A stretch of 64,000 bases of DNA from a virus. Taxonomy: Duplodnaviria; Caudoviricetes. Shown piece by piece: positions 1 through 8,761 of this stretch; the first letter of the stretch is position 1; each line of letters starts with the position of its first letter. The notes under the pieces are model-generated. The model was not told where the DNA came from and ran no database searches. It saw only the letters and a list, made by a program, of their open reading frames with translations. Made by a program: the position numbers and the translations under genes. The stretch covers positions 1,815-65,814 of IMG/VR virus record IMGVR_UViG_3300010392_001176, one strand, 5' to 3'.

Positions 1-151
1 CAAGATACCAAGAAGTGAAGTAATGAAGTGGGGGCTGCTTGGTGATGAAAAAAATGATGTTGACTTGGGGATTGGCTAGTATATCCTTGTAGGTAGAAGT
101 GCGCCGTTCCTTCCATTAGTGCGGTGTCTCTTATACCATCTCTCGGTGGGT

Positions 152-195
152 GAGCCCCCTGGTATGCGTGGAGAACCAGGGGGCTCTCTTCTTTT
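152..195 (+). terminator. Intrinsic terminator-like hairpin
   Basis: GAGCCCCCTGGT (152-163) pairs with ACCAGGGGGCTC (175-186), followed by TCTTCTTTT. Confidence 0.5.
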
Positions 196-427
196 ACTCC
201 TTTCTGAATTCTTTTATGAATTCCTTACCGTCAATCATTCCATCAAACTGCCCACCACAATCCTTGATATACGCTATCAAGGCTTCAATCAGGTTTAAGG
301 CAGAATAAAGATTGAACCTTGGCAAAGCAGGCTCTCTACCATGACCACGCGGGAAGGTGAATGGAAGGAAGCCTGATAAATTTTCAATGATAATTTTTGC
401 TTGTTCTTCTGGACGATACATAATCAC
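194..427 (-). CDS. Hypothetical protein
   Basis: 77-aa ORF with AAGGAG RBS before a GTG start. Confidence 0.6.
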   Translation of the reverse strand: MIMYRPEEQAKIIIENLSGFLPFTFPRGHGREPALPRFNLYSALNLIEALIAYIKDCGGQFDGMIDGKEFIKEFRKE

Positions 428-475
428 GCTCCTTTCTAGTTTAGGTGGGGCAAGTACGCGCCCCTTTTAGTGGGC

Positions 476-670
476 CTATACACGCCCCACCTGTTTCTGT
501 AATTTAGGGTTTGGATCATACTTCTCGCTAATACCACAACCAGGGCAACGGAATAGAACCGTGCCATTTTTGAATACGTTTTTCAGAACCGCTTCATTGC
601 TGCATTCGGAGCAAATGATTTTGAAATTCTCCGGCGGCTTCTGTTTTGGTGGTGGTGTAATGAAGATCAT
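476..670 (-). CDS. Small zinc-ribbon protein
   Basis: CSEC...CPGC motif; ATGA overlap with upstream ORF. Confidence 0.6.
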   Translation of the reverse strand: MIFITPPPKQKPPENFKIICSECSNEAVLKNVFKNGTVLFRCPGCGISEKYDPNPKLQKQVGRV

Positions 671-1173
671 GCTGACTCCTTTGTTTGAAAGATTCTGGCT
701 ACCTCTGCCTTGAATTCCTTCATCGGCTTTTCGCTGTGCTGGCTGGCCATGCGTGCCATGTGATAGAGCTGGAATGCGTGGAGTGATCCGATGCCAATAG
801 CGTCTAGCTTGAAGAGAAACTGCGTGAAGTCAACCTTCCATCGCTTGTGCAGATCACGATCCTTACCTTCTTTCAGCTCAACGTACACAGCTTCATGCAA
901 GGGCATGAAAGGCAGCCCGTTACCCATGCCAATAACCTGAAGGTAATCGCTTGTGGCCAATACTTCTGTGATGTAGCAGGCTTCAGCGGTAGTGAAGTAA
1001 TCATTCAGCTCAGTCAGCATAGGATTCGACAGTAACATCAGCGCAGCCAAATCCTCTCGAATCTGCGTACCAATGGGCGTGCCATAGCGATCAAGCCAGC
1101 GAAGAAATACATCAGGCAGCCGCAATGAAGTCACCCTGTCTTTACTTTTCGCCGTTTCCATTCCCGTTGCCAT
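667..1173 (-). CDS. Hypothetical protein, possible N-terminal ribbon-helix-helix DNA-binding domain
   Basis: RVTSLRLPDVFLRWLD...IREDL resembles an RHH beta-alpha-alpha pattern (inference). Confidence 0.5.
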   Translation of the reverse strand: MATGMETAKSKDRVTSLRLPDVFLRWLDRYGTPIGTQIREDLAALMLLSNPMLTELNDYFTTAEACYITEVLATSDYLQVIGMGNGLPFMPLHEAVYVELKEGKDRDLHKRWKVDFTQFLFKLDAIGIGSLHAFQLYHMARMASQHSEKPMKEFKAEVARIFQTKESA

Positions 1174-1534
1174 TGCCGTTGTCTCCTTTCTTTGTGGGGG
1201 GGCGAAGAGATATGCCCGTTTCAGCTTCCAAGACCTTCGTTGCTATAAAGCGATGCTTGGGATCAGCCATGTCACCCTTCAGGGCTTCCAGGGCCATTTT
1301 CTCGCCTTTCTCGGTGATCTTGAAAGCTAACTCATCATCTTTGAAGGTAGGAAGCAGGAGCCCATCCAGGCAGCAATCCATCAGGTATTGACTCATCCTG
1401 GTTTCTTCCGCCCATTCATAGATCACTTCCATTTCCTCATCGGTTCCGCCTGCATCTCCACGACCATAGAGAAACAAGCTAATCACAGTTGATAAATCTT
1501 CTGTTGTTACCCATGCGGGTTTCCAATCACTCAT
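1142..1534 (-). CDS. Hypothetical protein
   Basis: 130-aa ORF coupled by ATGA overlap. Confidence 0.6.
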   Translation of the reverse strand: MSDWKPAWVTTEDLSTVISLFLYGRGDAGGTDEEMEVIYEWAEETRMSQYLMDCCLDGLLLPTFKDDELAFKITEKGEKMALEALKGDMADPKHRFIATKVLEAETGISLRPPTKKGDNGNGNGNGNGEK

Positions 1535-1983
1535 TTTCGACCTCTCTTTCTAGCATGGCGCTTTGCTTTATCGCGCTCTCGCCCTTTGAGTTTTTTCCTC
1601 ATTGACTTAACGCCCCTGAAGGTACGGCCAAGAGTTAAGGCTATATCTTTCACATGCTCATCTGACTCCAAGAGGTATGCCTTTTCCTCATCTGACCAGC
1701 GGCTACATTTCATAACCGCTTGCCCTACAGTCAGGGCTTGCATTCGGTGTACATACTCATCTCGCTTGTCTTTATCGTAATTAGGGTCTAACGTCCTGGC
1801 GATAGCTTGGCGCAGCCGCATTGCTCCTTTCCGTGCTTGAGCCAAGGGCTCTTTCTGACCCTGGTAAATTCTCCCTGTCAGCTTTGCGGATTCTAAGATG
1901 CTGGCCATAGCATGATCCAGGGCTTTGGCTTCTGGCAGCTTGAATACCATCCGCACACTTACCTCTTGCTGCTTGTCTCTCAT
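1531..1983 (-). CDS. Myb/HTH-like DNA-binding protein
   Basis: C-terminal RWSDEEKAYL...IALTLGRTFRGVKSMRKKL matches Myb-like HTH pattern. Confidence 0.55.
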   Translation of the reverse strand: MRDKQQEVSVRMVFKLPEAKALDHAMASILESAKLTGRIYQGQKEPLAQARKGAMRLRQAIARTLDPNYDKDKRDEYVHRMQALTVGQAVMKCSRWSDEEKAYLLESDEHVKDIALTLGRTFRGVKSMRKKLKGRERDKAKRHARKRGRK

Positions 1984-2220
1984 TTAGATTTTTCCTTCCT
2001 GCGTCCAGCCGCAATTGGGGCATTTGTAGTAGTAGGTCCGCCCGATCCGGCCACGCAATTTGGTTGTCCGCGTGCATCTCAAACATTTAATCTCTCGCTG
2101 TGTTCCACCTGTCTTTTGCCTTGGCTTCTTTCCTTTCTTTGGCCGTGGCCGAAGCATTCCTGTGGTGGGCTTCCTGGCCTTGGCAATTTCATCTGCTGAA
2201 AATTTCTTCTTCTTGCTCAT
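1984..2220 (-). CDS. Basic zinc-finger protein (start uncertain, up to 2286)
   Basis: CLRC...CPNC, Lys/Arg rich. Confidence 0.5.
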   Translation of the reverse strand: MSKKKKFSADEIAKARKPTTGMLRPRPKKGKKPRQKTGGTQREIKCLRCTRTTKLRGRIGRTYYYKCPNCGWTQEGKI

Positions 2221-2223
2221 TCT

Positions 2224-2294
2224 GTTCACCCTGTCTTTTGTCTCTGCTCCGTTCACCCTGTCTTTTGTAGGCACGATTCTGTTCACCCTGTCTT
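2224..2294. repeat. Three direct copies of GTTCACCCTGTCTT
   Basis: Copies at 2224, 2251 and 2281. Confidence 0.9.
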
Positions 2295-2430
2295 AAAGCC
2301 TGTTTATAGGCATTGCCTGTAAAAACGCGCTAAAACAGGGGGAAACGGCCAAGTGTGGTATTTTCCTACGCGCTAAAACGCCGCACAAGGCCATAACTCC
2401 CCTTGGTTGATACCTGGCTATCCCCCTATT

Positions 2431-3000
2431 TTAGTAAATCAGTCCTGCTTGCTCTTCCGTTGCGTGGTCCACAATTCCCTTGGCTTCTGGAATCATGTAG
2501 TCAGCCGGATCACCATAGTAGCCCCAACAAGAATCAACGTGCTCATCATCTTTTTCGATTTCATAGCCATAGACTTCGCCTGTCAGAAATTGGTCATACT
2601 CTTTGACTTCACCTTGCAGGATTTCATAGACTCTAGCGCGGAGCTTGGCGCTGATCCTCTTGACTCCAAACTCATCGCGTATCGTTTGCTTGGTTACGAA
2701 AATGATGCCGACCTGCCCGCTATCCCAAGGGCAGGTAAACGGTCTTGTGCTCATCGTTATACCGCTGTGGTCAAATAGGTACAGCGGCAACAAGAAAACA
2801 TCTTCAGGCTCGTTTTCGTACATCTCACGGGCTGATTCTAAATCTAGCTCGTGGTCCTGATCCCCCAGGTTATAACGGGAATGAAAAGCGGCCATTGTTC
2901 CCATGTGGTCAAACATTTCACGCGGGCTCTCATTCAGATCATCATGGTAAACGCTGATGATATGGCCCTTGTATTCGATAGTTTCAATTGCTTCTCTCAT
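2431..3000 (-). CDS. Conserved acidic phage early protein (WDSGQVG type)
   Basis: AAGGAGCTAAC-ATG start at 3000; motifs YLFDHSG, WDSGQVG, DSCWGYYG. Confidence 0.65.
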   Translation of the reverse strand: MREAIETIEYKGHIISVYHDDLNESPREMFDHMGTMAAFHSRYNLGDQDHELDLESAREMYENEPEDVFLLPLYLFDHSGITMSTRPFTCPWDSGQVGIIFVTKQTIRDEFGVKRISAKLRARVYEILQGEVKEYDQFLTGEVYGYEIEKDDEHVDSCWGYYGDPADYMIPEAKGIVDHATEEQAGLIY

Positions 3001-3001
3001 G

Positions 3002-3187
3002 TTAGCTCCTTTCGATAGGATCAAATCCAACTAGCTTGTAAAGATCGTGCCATTCGCTTTTACAGTCCGTGCAATAGATAGGTTGTGAAGGATCACCATC
3101 AAAATCCCAACTATCACCTTCAATTTGGTCACTATTGCAAAATGGGCAATTCCCAGGATTCTCCAAATACTCTTCATTCGTTTTCAT
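3002..3187 (-). CDS. Small acidic zinc-ribbon protein
   Basis: CPFC...CTDC; AAGGAGCGCAC-ATG start. Confidence 0.65.
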   Translation of the reverse strand: MKTNEEYLENPGNCPFCNSDQIEGDSWDFDGDPSQPIYCTDCKSEWHDLYKLVGFDPIERS

Positions 3188-3198
3188 GTGCGCTCCTT

Positions 3199-3492
3199 TC
3201 ACTCTATGTAGTCTTGGATTAGCTCATAGCCTTGCTTGAATGCTGCTATATCTTCAGGCTCTAAATCATCAAAATTCAGCGCCGGACAACCAAGCAGCCT
3301 TTCAATGGCTTCAACCATTTCAGGGCTCTTTGCTATCAGCGCGGCGTTTTTTTTGTCATACGATACAGCTATATTTTCTCCTGTATTTTCTGAAATAACT
3401 AAACCCTGGTGGTCGCCTGCTGTGTTGGCTTCGTACCACGGTCCAGGCGAATAGTCTTTTTTAGCTTCATGGTAATATTCTTCGATTGTCAT
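3199..3492 (-). CDS. Phage hypothetical protein (PGPW...NAALIAxxP type)
   Basis: YSPGPW and NAALIAKSPEM motifs; RBS present. Confidence 0.65.
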   Translation of the reverse strand: MTIEEYYHEAKKDYSPGPWYEANTAGDHQGLVISENTGENIAVSYDKKNAALIAKSPEMVEAIERLLGCPALNFDDLEPEDIAAFKQGYELIQDYIE

Positions 3493-3493
3493 G

Positions 3494-3826
3494 TTAGCTC
3501 CTTATTAGGTTGAATTCGTTTGTTGCCCTGGCTAATGCTCCAGCACTTATTTCTGCAAACTCCGCAATGCGCTCAGTTGATAGTTGGATTTGCTGCTTGT
3601 GGGAAAACTCGTTCAGAATGTCAAAAAATAAACCGTCCAAGTCTTGCAGAGCTTTGAACATTGCTGGCGCTTCTTTGATGAGCCTTGCATTGGCTTCAAC
3701 TTCAGCCATAGCAGAATATCCGAAGTCATTGACTACAACGGCAACGGTCCTGCTTCCCTTGAGAATGTCGATTGATTCATCTTCTACTAAATCGCCCATT
3801 GTCCAGGGCGCTTCTGAATGTTTCAT
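3494..3826 (-). CDS. Phage hypothetical protein, paralogue of 3199-3492
   Basis: HSEAPW and ANARLIKEAPAM motifs; AAGGAGCAAAC-ATG start. Confidence 0.65.
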   Translation of the reverse strand: MKHSEAPWTMGDLVEDESIDILKGSRTVAVVVNDFGYSAMAEVEANARLIKEAPAMFKALQDLDGLFFDILNEFSHKQQIQLSTERIAEFAEISAGALARATNEFNLIRS

Positions 3827-3837
3827 GTTTGCTCCTT

Positions 3838-4314
3838 TCATTCCATGCGCTGAAGTATGGCTTTTCGCACATCTTCAGGCACATCGGAAATATCAATTAG
3901 TTCTCCCAATTTTTCAGCGCCTTTACTCATTGGCTCAAAATATCCATCAGTCGCCGTGTCGCCTGCATACTGATTAAAGCCTTGTGGCCAAAACGGATCA
4001 GCACTCATGCCAAAAACGGCGGTGTCAATCCAAACTGTGAATCTGTCAATAAATCCTTTATCGCTGTCCCTGATGAATACGTTCAGGTGTTGATACTCAG
4101 TAAATGAAACGTGCCTGCCAATTGGAAAACCCCGCTGGCCCTGGTCAATCCTATCTATGACCAGCTCTTCAGCTTCATTGCGCGTCTTGGTATAGTGTGA
4201 AGCAAGCAAGCTCAAATCAGCGCGGTAAAAGCGAATTCGCCACTTCATATATTTGTTGTAGTCTGAGGTTTTCCGCTCAATCTGCCAATATCCTTTTTGA
4301 TGAGATTCTTGCAT
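3838..4314 (-). CDS. Hypothetical protein
   Basis: AAGGAGCGCAC-ATG start at 4314. Confidence 0.6.
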   Translation of the reverse strand: MQESHQKGYWQIERKTSDYNKYMKWRIRFYRADLSLLASHYTKTRNEAEELVIDRIDQGQRGFPIGRHVSFTEYQHLNVFIRDSDKGFIDRFTVWIDTAVFGMSADPFWPQGFNQYAGDTATDGYFEPMSKGAEKLGELIDISDVPEDVRKAILQRME

Positions 4315-4324
4315 GTGCGCTCCT

Positions 4325-4522
4325 TTACTCTTCGCTGTAACCGTCAAACCATGCACCTATTCGCTCGGTACGTTTGCGGTTATGATGTTTCTTGCAAGTG
4401 CTAGAGCTTGTTTCAGGGTCTTTGCACCATGCTTGCGCTTGCTCTAGCGATAAACCCCTGGCAATGACTCGTTTGTTAGGGAAATGATCTTTGTACATTC
4501 TCACAATTTTGTAGCTGGCCAT
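4325..4522 (-). CDS. Small phage protein
   Basis: 65-aa ORF with strong RBS. Confidence 0.6.
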   Translation of the reverse strand: MASYKIVRMYKDHFPNKRVIARGLSLEQAQAWCKDPETSSSTCKKHHNRKRTERIGAWFDGYSEE

Positions 4523-4537
4523 TTCGGTGCTCCTTTT

Positions 4538-4936
4538 TTAGTTGTGGCGATAAGCTATGGTAAAATGTGAATAATCAGGATGCCTGCAAACGAAATCACG
4601 CTCAAGATGGTCATAGCTTGCAAAGTGCTCTTCAGGTACGCTTTCCCACAAATCAAGCCATTCCTGCAGGCTGCTAACCCCAATTGAGCCAACAGCGTAA
4701 TCCTGATTAAGCCCCCAGGCTACCAAGGCTGCTTCGCCTACCATGCAAGTGAATTCAGCCGGATCATTGCTGGCCATATCTTCCCAATACTCGCGGGCTG
4801 CTTCGCCTGCTTCTTCGGTATCATTGAAGAGATAAAATTCCATGCCGTCAGCACTCAAGGTAGTTAGCCCGTGATTCTCTTCAATATCGTATTCATCAAA
4901 AACCATTCTTTCGCCGTCTATATATGCCACTATCAT
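4538..4936 (-). CDS. Highly acidic early protein (possible DNA-mimic/anti-defence)
   Basis: Asp/Glu rich 132 aa; function inferred only from composition and position. Confidence 0.5.
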   Translation of the reverse strand: MIVAYIDGERMVFDEYDIEENHGLTTLSADGMEFYLFNDTEEAGEAAREYWEDMASNDPAEFTCMVGEAALVAWGLNQDYAVGSIGVSSLQEWLDLWESVPEEHFASYDHLERDFVCRHPDYSHFTIAYRHN

Positions 4937-4951
4937 GGTTACTCCTTTCGC

Positions 4952-5086
4952 TTAGATGAAATACCAAACGAGACAAATGATAAAAATTGCTCTGTTCATG
5001 GTCATGTTCACCCTGTCTTTTACCCATTGAACAATGTTCACCCTGTCTTTGGGCGTACTGTTCACCCTGTCTTTGGTCTTGAGCAT
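4952..5086 (-). CDS. 44-aa peptide with three KDRVN repeats and a hydrophobic tail
   Basis: Read manually: AAGGAGCGCAC-ATG then MLKTKDRVNSTPKDRVNIVQWVKDRVNMTMNRAIFIICLVWYFI*. Confidence 0.45.
   Translation of the reverse strand: MLKTKDRVNSTPKDRVNIVQWVKDRVNMTMNRAIFIICLVWYFI
5006..5074. repeat. Three direct copies of GTTCACCCTGTCTTT
   Basis: Copies at 5006, 5036 and 5060; same motif as 2224-2294. Confidence 0.9.
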
Positions 5087-5149
5087 GTGCGCTCCTTTCT
5101 GCAGGCAAGAGCTTTCCCTGCATTTGAGATTTTAGATTCGGATCACCTA

Positions 5150-5404
5150 TTAAACTAAATGATAATGGTAAGCGGCTTCGACAATATCATCCGCCCACAT
5201 ATCAGCCGCTTCAGTTTCCAATTCAATCAATCGCCGTATTAAAATGGGCAATTCACGCTCATCAAATTGCAATATTGCCCGTTGCCCATTATCTGTAAAT
5301 TTGGACCGCGTGAAGCCTTCCAGCCGCGAATCAATACCTTGATTTACAACGGCAATGAATATTTCAAGGTCCGTGCTACCTAGCGGTGTTGTAATTTCAA
5401 ACAT
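5150..5404 (-). CDS. Hypothetical protein
   Basis: 84-aa ORF with AAGGAG RBS. Confidence 0.6.
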   Translation of the reverse strand: MFEITTPLGSTDLEIFIAVVNQGIDSRLEGFTRSKFTDNGQRAILQFDERELPILIRRLIELETEAADMWADDIVEAAYHYHLV

Positions 5405-5560
5405 AGGCGCTCCTTTTAAGCTGTTAAAGGTCTAATGAGCCTTCGCCACAATATGAGCTCATAGGCTCTAAAAACGGGCTTGAACCGTCCGCCAAAAAAC
5501 GCCCACAAGTGTAAAGGATGCAATATGTGTTGAAGCCAAATTTTCATTTTTAATCCTTTG

Positions 5561-5596
5561 AAAAAATAAGGGACCGCTTGCGCGGTCCCGTTTTAT
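5561..5596 (-). terminator. Intrinsic terminator (possibly bidirectional)
   Basis: GGGACCGC-TTGC-GCGGTCCC stem with T-tracts on both strands, directly after the 5597 stop. Confidence 0.75.
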
Positions 5597-6484
5597 TTAC
5601 CAAGCCTGTAGAATAGAGCCACAAAGCGGGCAATAACCGTTGCCATCATCATCACGATAAATAGAGCCTTTACCTTTCAGCTCTATATCATCAGTTATTT
5701 CATACTCTTCAAGCTGTTGGCCTGCAGAGTAGCCCGCCGCGCCTTCGAAATACCAATGATAACCATCATCCGTGCTCCAATAGTGCTCATCGCGGTCTAT
5801 ATCATCAGGCAATGTTTCAAATAGTTTGAGCTGTTGTTTTGGTGAGAGCTTGATATTTTGCTTGATTCGCTCAATTACATTTTTTCCGAATTGCCGCTCA
5901 AAATCAGTTATATCCGGCGGCTTGCATTGGATTGAAGCCCTGGCATTATCCATCAGGCTCATTTCGCTATACATTCCATTTTCTCTCATTACTTTGGGCG
6001 CTGTATATCCGCCGCGCACATCAGCGCCGCCGTGGATTTGAAGCAAGTAATATGCTCCATCATCAGTTTCAAAATATGTGTACTGAAGCACTTGAGACAA
6101 CAAGCATTCGCCGTTATAGGTATTAACTGTAAAAGGCTCACCTTCGCCGTAAATACCGCCGCTCTCAATATCTTTGTGCTCTGCAAGCCACTTTGGAAAG
6201 CCTTCCATCAGTTGTGGCCAATACTCATCAGGATCACTATCATCAACAAACTCATCAAAAAGAGCCTGCATATCCTCATCAGGCTCAATCCGCTCATTCA
6301 GAAAATGATAAATATTGTGGGTTACTTCGATATAATCGAATCTGAAGGTTAAACTCGTGGCACTCTCACATGCAAAATCACGGGTTTGATTTTGTTGCCA
6401 AGCGCGGCCACAAGCGCCGCCGCTGTCTAAAAAATGAGTGCCTGTATTTTCTAACATCATCGCCGCTATTATGTTTTTGCTCAT
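5597..6484 (-). CDS. Conserved acidic phage protein
   Basis: AAGGAGTGAAT-ATG start; motifs DSGGxxGRxWQ, NTYN, HGGADVRGGYT; C-terminal CPLC. Confidence 0.65.
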   Translation of the reverse strand: MSKNIIAAMMLENTGTHFLDSGGACGRAWQQNQTRDFACESATSLTFRFDYIEVTHNIYHFLNERIEPDEDMQALFDEFVDDSDPDEYWPQLMEGFPKWLAEHKDIESGGIYGEGEPFTVNTYNGECLLSQVLQYTYFETDDGAYYLLQIHGGADVRGGYTAPKVMRENGMYSEMSLMDNARASIQCKPPDITDFERQFGKNVIERIKQNIKLSPKQQLKLFETLPDDIDRDEHYWSTDDGYHWYFEGAAGYSAGQQLEEYEITDDIELKGKGSIYRDDDGNGYCPLCGSILQAW

Positions 6485-6494
6485 ATTCACTCCT

Positions 6495-6767
6495 TTATTC
6501 AAAATCATCAGGGTTTATTTCATGTTCGCTATGCTCTTGCGGATTTGGGCAATTGCACTCAACTATTTCTGCATATTCGTTGCCGTGCTCATGTATATCT
6601 AAATCCACAAACCAATCTGAAGTTAGTTCAGCTCTTCTATTCCAATCAGTCTCTAATTCATGTAAATCAATCAAAGACTCAAGCGCGGCTTGGCCGCTTG
6701 GAAACACTTCGCAATAGTTTGGTAAATACCCGCGAAGCCCTGCCATTGCTATAAAATGAGTTTTCAT
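6495..6767 (-). CDS. Acidic hypothetical protein
   Basis: AAGGAGTGAAT-ATG start at 6767. Confidence 0.6.
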   Translation of the reverse strand: MKTHFIAMAGLRGYLPNYCEVFPSGQAALESLIDLHELETDWNRRAELTSDWFVDLDIHEHGNEYAEIVECNCPNPQEHSEHEINPDDFE

Positions 6768-6777
6768 ATTCACTCCT

Positions 6778-6990
6778 TTAACCCATATAAATATGAGTAG
6801 CATTCAAGGTATTAAAAACGCGGTCCGCATGTGCAAAATCATCACAATGGAATATCGCAATTGTTTTGCCGTGGTCCCTTAGAGTTACAGACCACACTAT
6901 TGATCCATCGCTCAATCCGTGGTTTGTGATCTGCAGCTCTTCACCTTCCAAGCCGCTTTGCACGCTATACTCAACTTGATAGTTTTCCAT
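6778..6990 (-). CDS. Hypothetical protein
   Basis: AAGGAGCGGCA-ATG start at 6990. Confidence 0.55.
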   Translation of the reverse strand: MENYQVEYSVQSGLEGEELQITNHGLSDGSIVWSVTLRDHGKTIAIFHCDDFAHADRVFNTLNATHIYMG

Positions 6991-7000
6991 TGCCGCTCCT

Positions 7001-7159
7001 TTAAATGATTCGCTTGGCATTAAAAGCTCTTGCAAGGTCTTTTAAATCACTCTTGCGGGCTTTCCGCCGTTGCTTTGTTGGTTTGTTGGTTTGGATTTGT
7101 TTTGTGGTTTGAAACTGGAAAGTTGAAAAACGGGTTTGCGGGTTTACTTGTGCTTTCAT
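7001..7159 (-). CDS. 52-aa basic peptide
   Basis: Read manually: AAGGAG RBS, MKAQVNPQ...AFNAKRII*. Confidence 0.45.
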   Translation of the reverse strand: MKAQVNPQTRFSTFQFQTTKQIQTNKPTKQRRKARKSDLKDLARAFNAKRII

Positions 7160-7178
7160 TTGATGAGCTCCTTTCAGG

Positions 7179-7379
7179 TTAATAACCTAATTCAATTTCG
7201 ATTGAGTTTGCTTCGCTCATCAGTTGCCGCCAAAACACGCGGGCTTTCAAATTTCGCTCATCACAAACGATTGAGTGTTCTTGCCAATTGCACGCGGTAT
7301 CTATCAAATCCATCTCATTCAATACCCGCGCAAGTCTCATCTCATTGTAAAACTTGCTCCTTTCATGTGCTTGTTTCAT
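7179..7379 (-). CDS. First gene of leftward early operon, hypothetical
   Basis: AAGGAGAACAC-ATG start at 7379. Confidence 0.55.
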   Translation of the reverse strand: MKQAHERSKFYNEMRLARVLNEMDLIDTACNWQEHSIVCDERNLKARVFWRQLMSEANSIEIELGY

Positions 7380-7450
7380 GTGTTCTCCTTTGTTGAAGGT
7401 TATTAGATTCGGATCACCTTTACTACATAGTTGCTGCATATCTAATACAC

Positions 7451-7479
7451 AATATAAAGACTCGATTTGCGTTTGTCAA
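7451..7479 (-). promoter_or_regulatory. Sigma70-type promoter for the leftward early operon
   Basis: Minus strand TTGACA-17 nt-TATATT. Confidence 0.75.
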
Positions 7480-7966
7480 CAAAAAAACGGGTAAAGGTAC
7501 ACTTTAAAGCAAAATAACCAAAACCCGCTCATCCTGCATAGCGAATAGATAAGGCTGATGATCTGTAAGGTAAGCGCCTTCGCGTGCAATGCGGTTTGCT
7601 ATATGTTTTGGTTTATCTTGCGGTAACTATGGGCTAGCCCTGGCCCACACCACCACACCACACCAAGCAAAGACCGTTGCCCATAGCAGAGCTATTGCCC
7701 ATTGCGTATTGGATTTATGAGCCTGTAGGCGCTTGTTTCATGCGCGTAAAGAAGGTACGCGCACGCGCACGAGAGCGGCGCGGATGCAGGCAGGGCGCGG
7801 GGGTACACGGCAGGGGGCGCTGGACCAACGCCCGTCTGCCCTCTATATATGCCCCACTAGGTAATCGTTATAAGATTTTGAAATTTGGGACTCCATGCGG
7901 GGGTTGCCAAATTTTTTTTTGAAAAATTTTTGTTGTATTCGATTTTCCCGCTGGCACACTAAGGGC

Positions 7967-8485
7967 ATGGCATACGCGCCCAAATATCCGATTAAGCGTG
8001 AAGGCACGTTATTTGTGAAGTTGAAGAATTTTGAAGTACACATGGCGGCCCAGGTGGGCTTGATTCGGAATACGAGTTCGATATGGAAGAAGCAGGAGCA
8101 TAACCCGCCGCTGAAGAACAATTCTTATAGCTGGATGAATCATATAGAGGGGGCTGGCGCTGAGTGTGCTGTAGCGAAGCATACTGAGAGATTTTGGGAT
8201 GGTAGTTTTGGGACTTTCACGGATAAGCCTGATGTTGGTCCGTATCATGTGAAGTGGGTAACAACTGTGGATGGCAGATTGCGTATTCCGTTGAAGAAGC
8301 CGCCGAATGCGCTTGATATTTTCATTTTGGTGAGGGGGCCGATGCCGAATTGCGAGTTAGTGGGTTGGTTACGGGCAGGAGTAGGGATGAAGCCCGAATT
8401 TATAGATAATCCGCATAATCGTGGAGCTGAATATTTTGTAAATCAGGATTTATTGGAAGATATGGCGGATTTACCGGACAAATGA
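7967..8485 (+). CDS. Phage protein with PD-(D/E)XK-like nuclease fold
   Basis: GAGAECAVA...PDV...VK motif order; fold is inference. Confidence 0.5.
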   Translation: MAYAPKYPIKREGTLFVKLKNFEVHMAAQVGLIRNTSSIWKKQEHNPPLKNNSYSWMNHIEGAGAECAVAKHTERFWDGSFGTFTDKPDVGPYHVKWVTTVDGRLRIPLKKPPNALDIFILVRGPMPNCELVGWLRAGVGMKPEFIDNPHNRGAEYFVNQDLLEDMADLPDK

Positions 8486-8498
8486 AAGGAGTTGAGAG

Positions 8499-8747
8499 AT
8501 GGCTATAGAAGGGAGAACAAAGCGTAGGGCTGCCGCTACCGACATGCTAACTAAGTCGAGAGCGAAAGGGAAACTAGCTTTTTTTGGATTGGGCAAGAAG
8601 AAGGCTGAAGCGGCGAAGCCGCCGGACAAGAAAGACAAGGGCAAGGGTTTTGTAGGTTCGGCCAGGGACAGGGCCAAGGCAGCTCGGCGCAAAAAGCTAA
8701 TTGCGGCTGGTTTTTCTCAGTCTGAAGCGGCTGAAATGGAACCATAG
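8499..8747 (+). CDS. Small basic protein with C-terminal LxAAGFS motif
   Basis: AAGGAG RBS; Lys/Arg/Ala rich. Confidence 0.6.
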   Translation: MAIEGRTKRRAAATDMLTKSRAKGKLAFFGLGKKKAEAAKPPDKKDKGKGFVGSARDRAKAARRKKLIAAGFSQSEAAEMEP

Positions 8748-8761
8748 GGGGGAGATAGGAA

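Noticed and set aside
442-468. Hairpin TAGGTGGGGCA...GCCCC-TTTT also found at 58359-58386
   Set aside because: Short, generic terminator-like hairpins; similarity too limited to call a repeat family.
2224-2294. Mini-CRISPR interpretation of the 14-15 bp triplet repeats
   Set aside because: Repeats and 9-16 nt spacers are too short and no cas gene is nearby.
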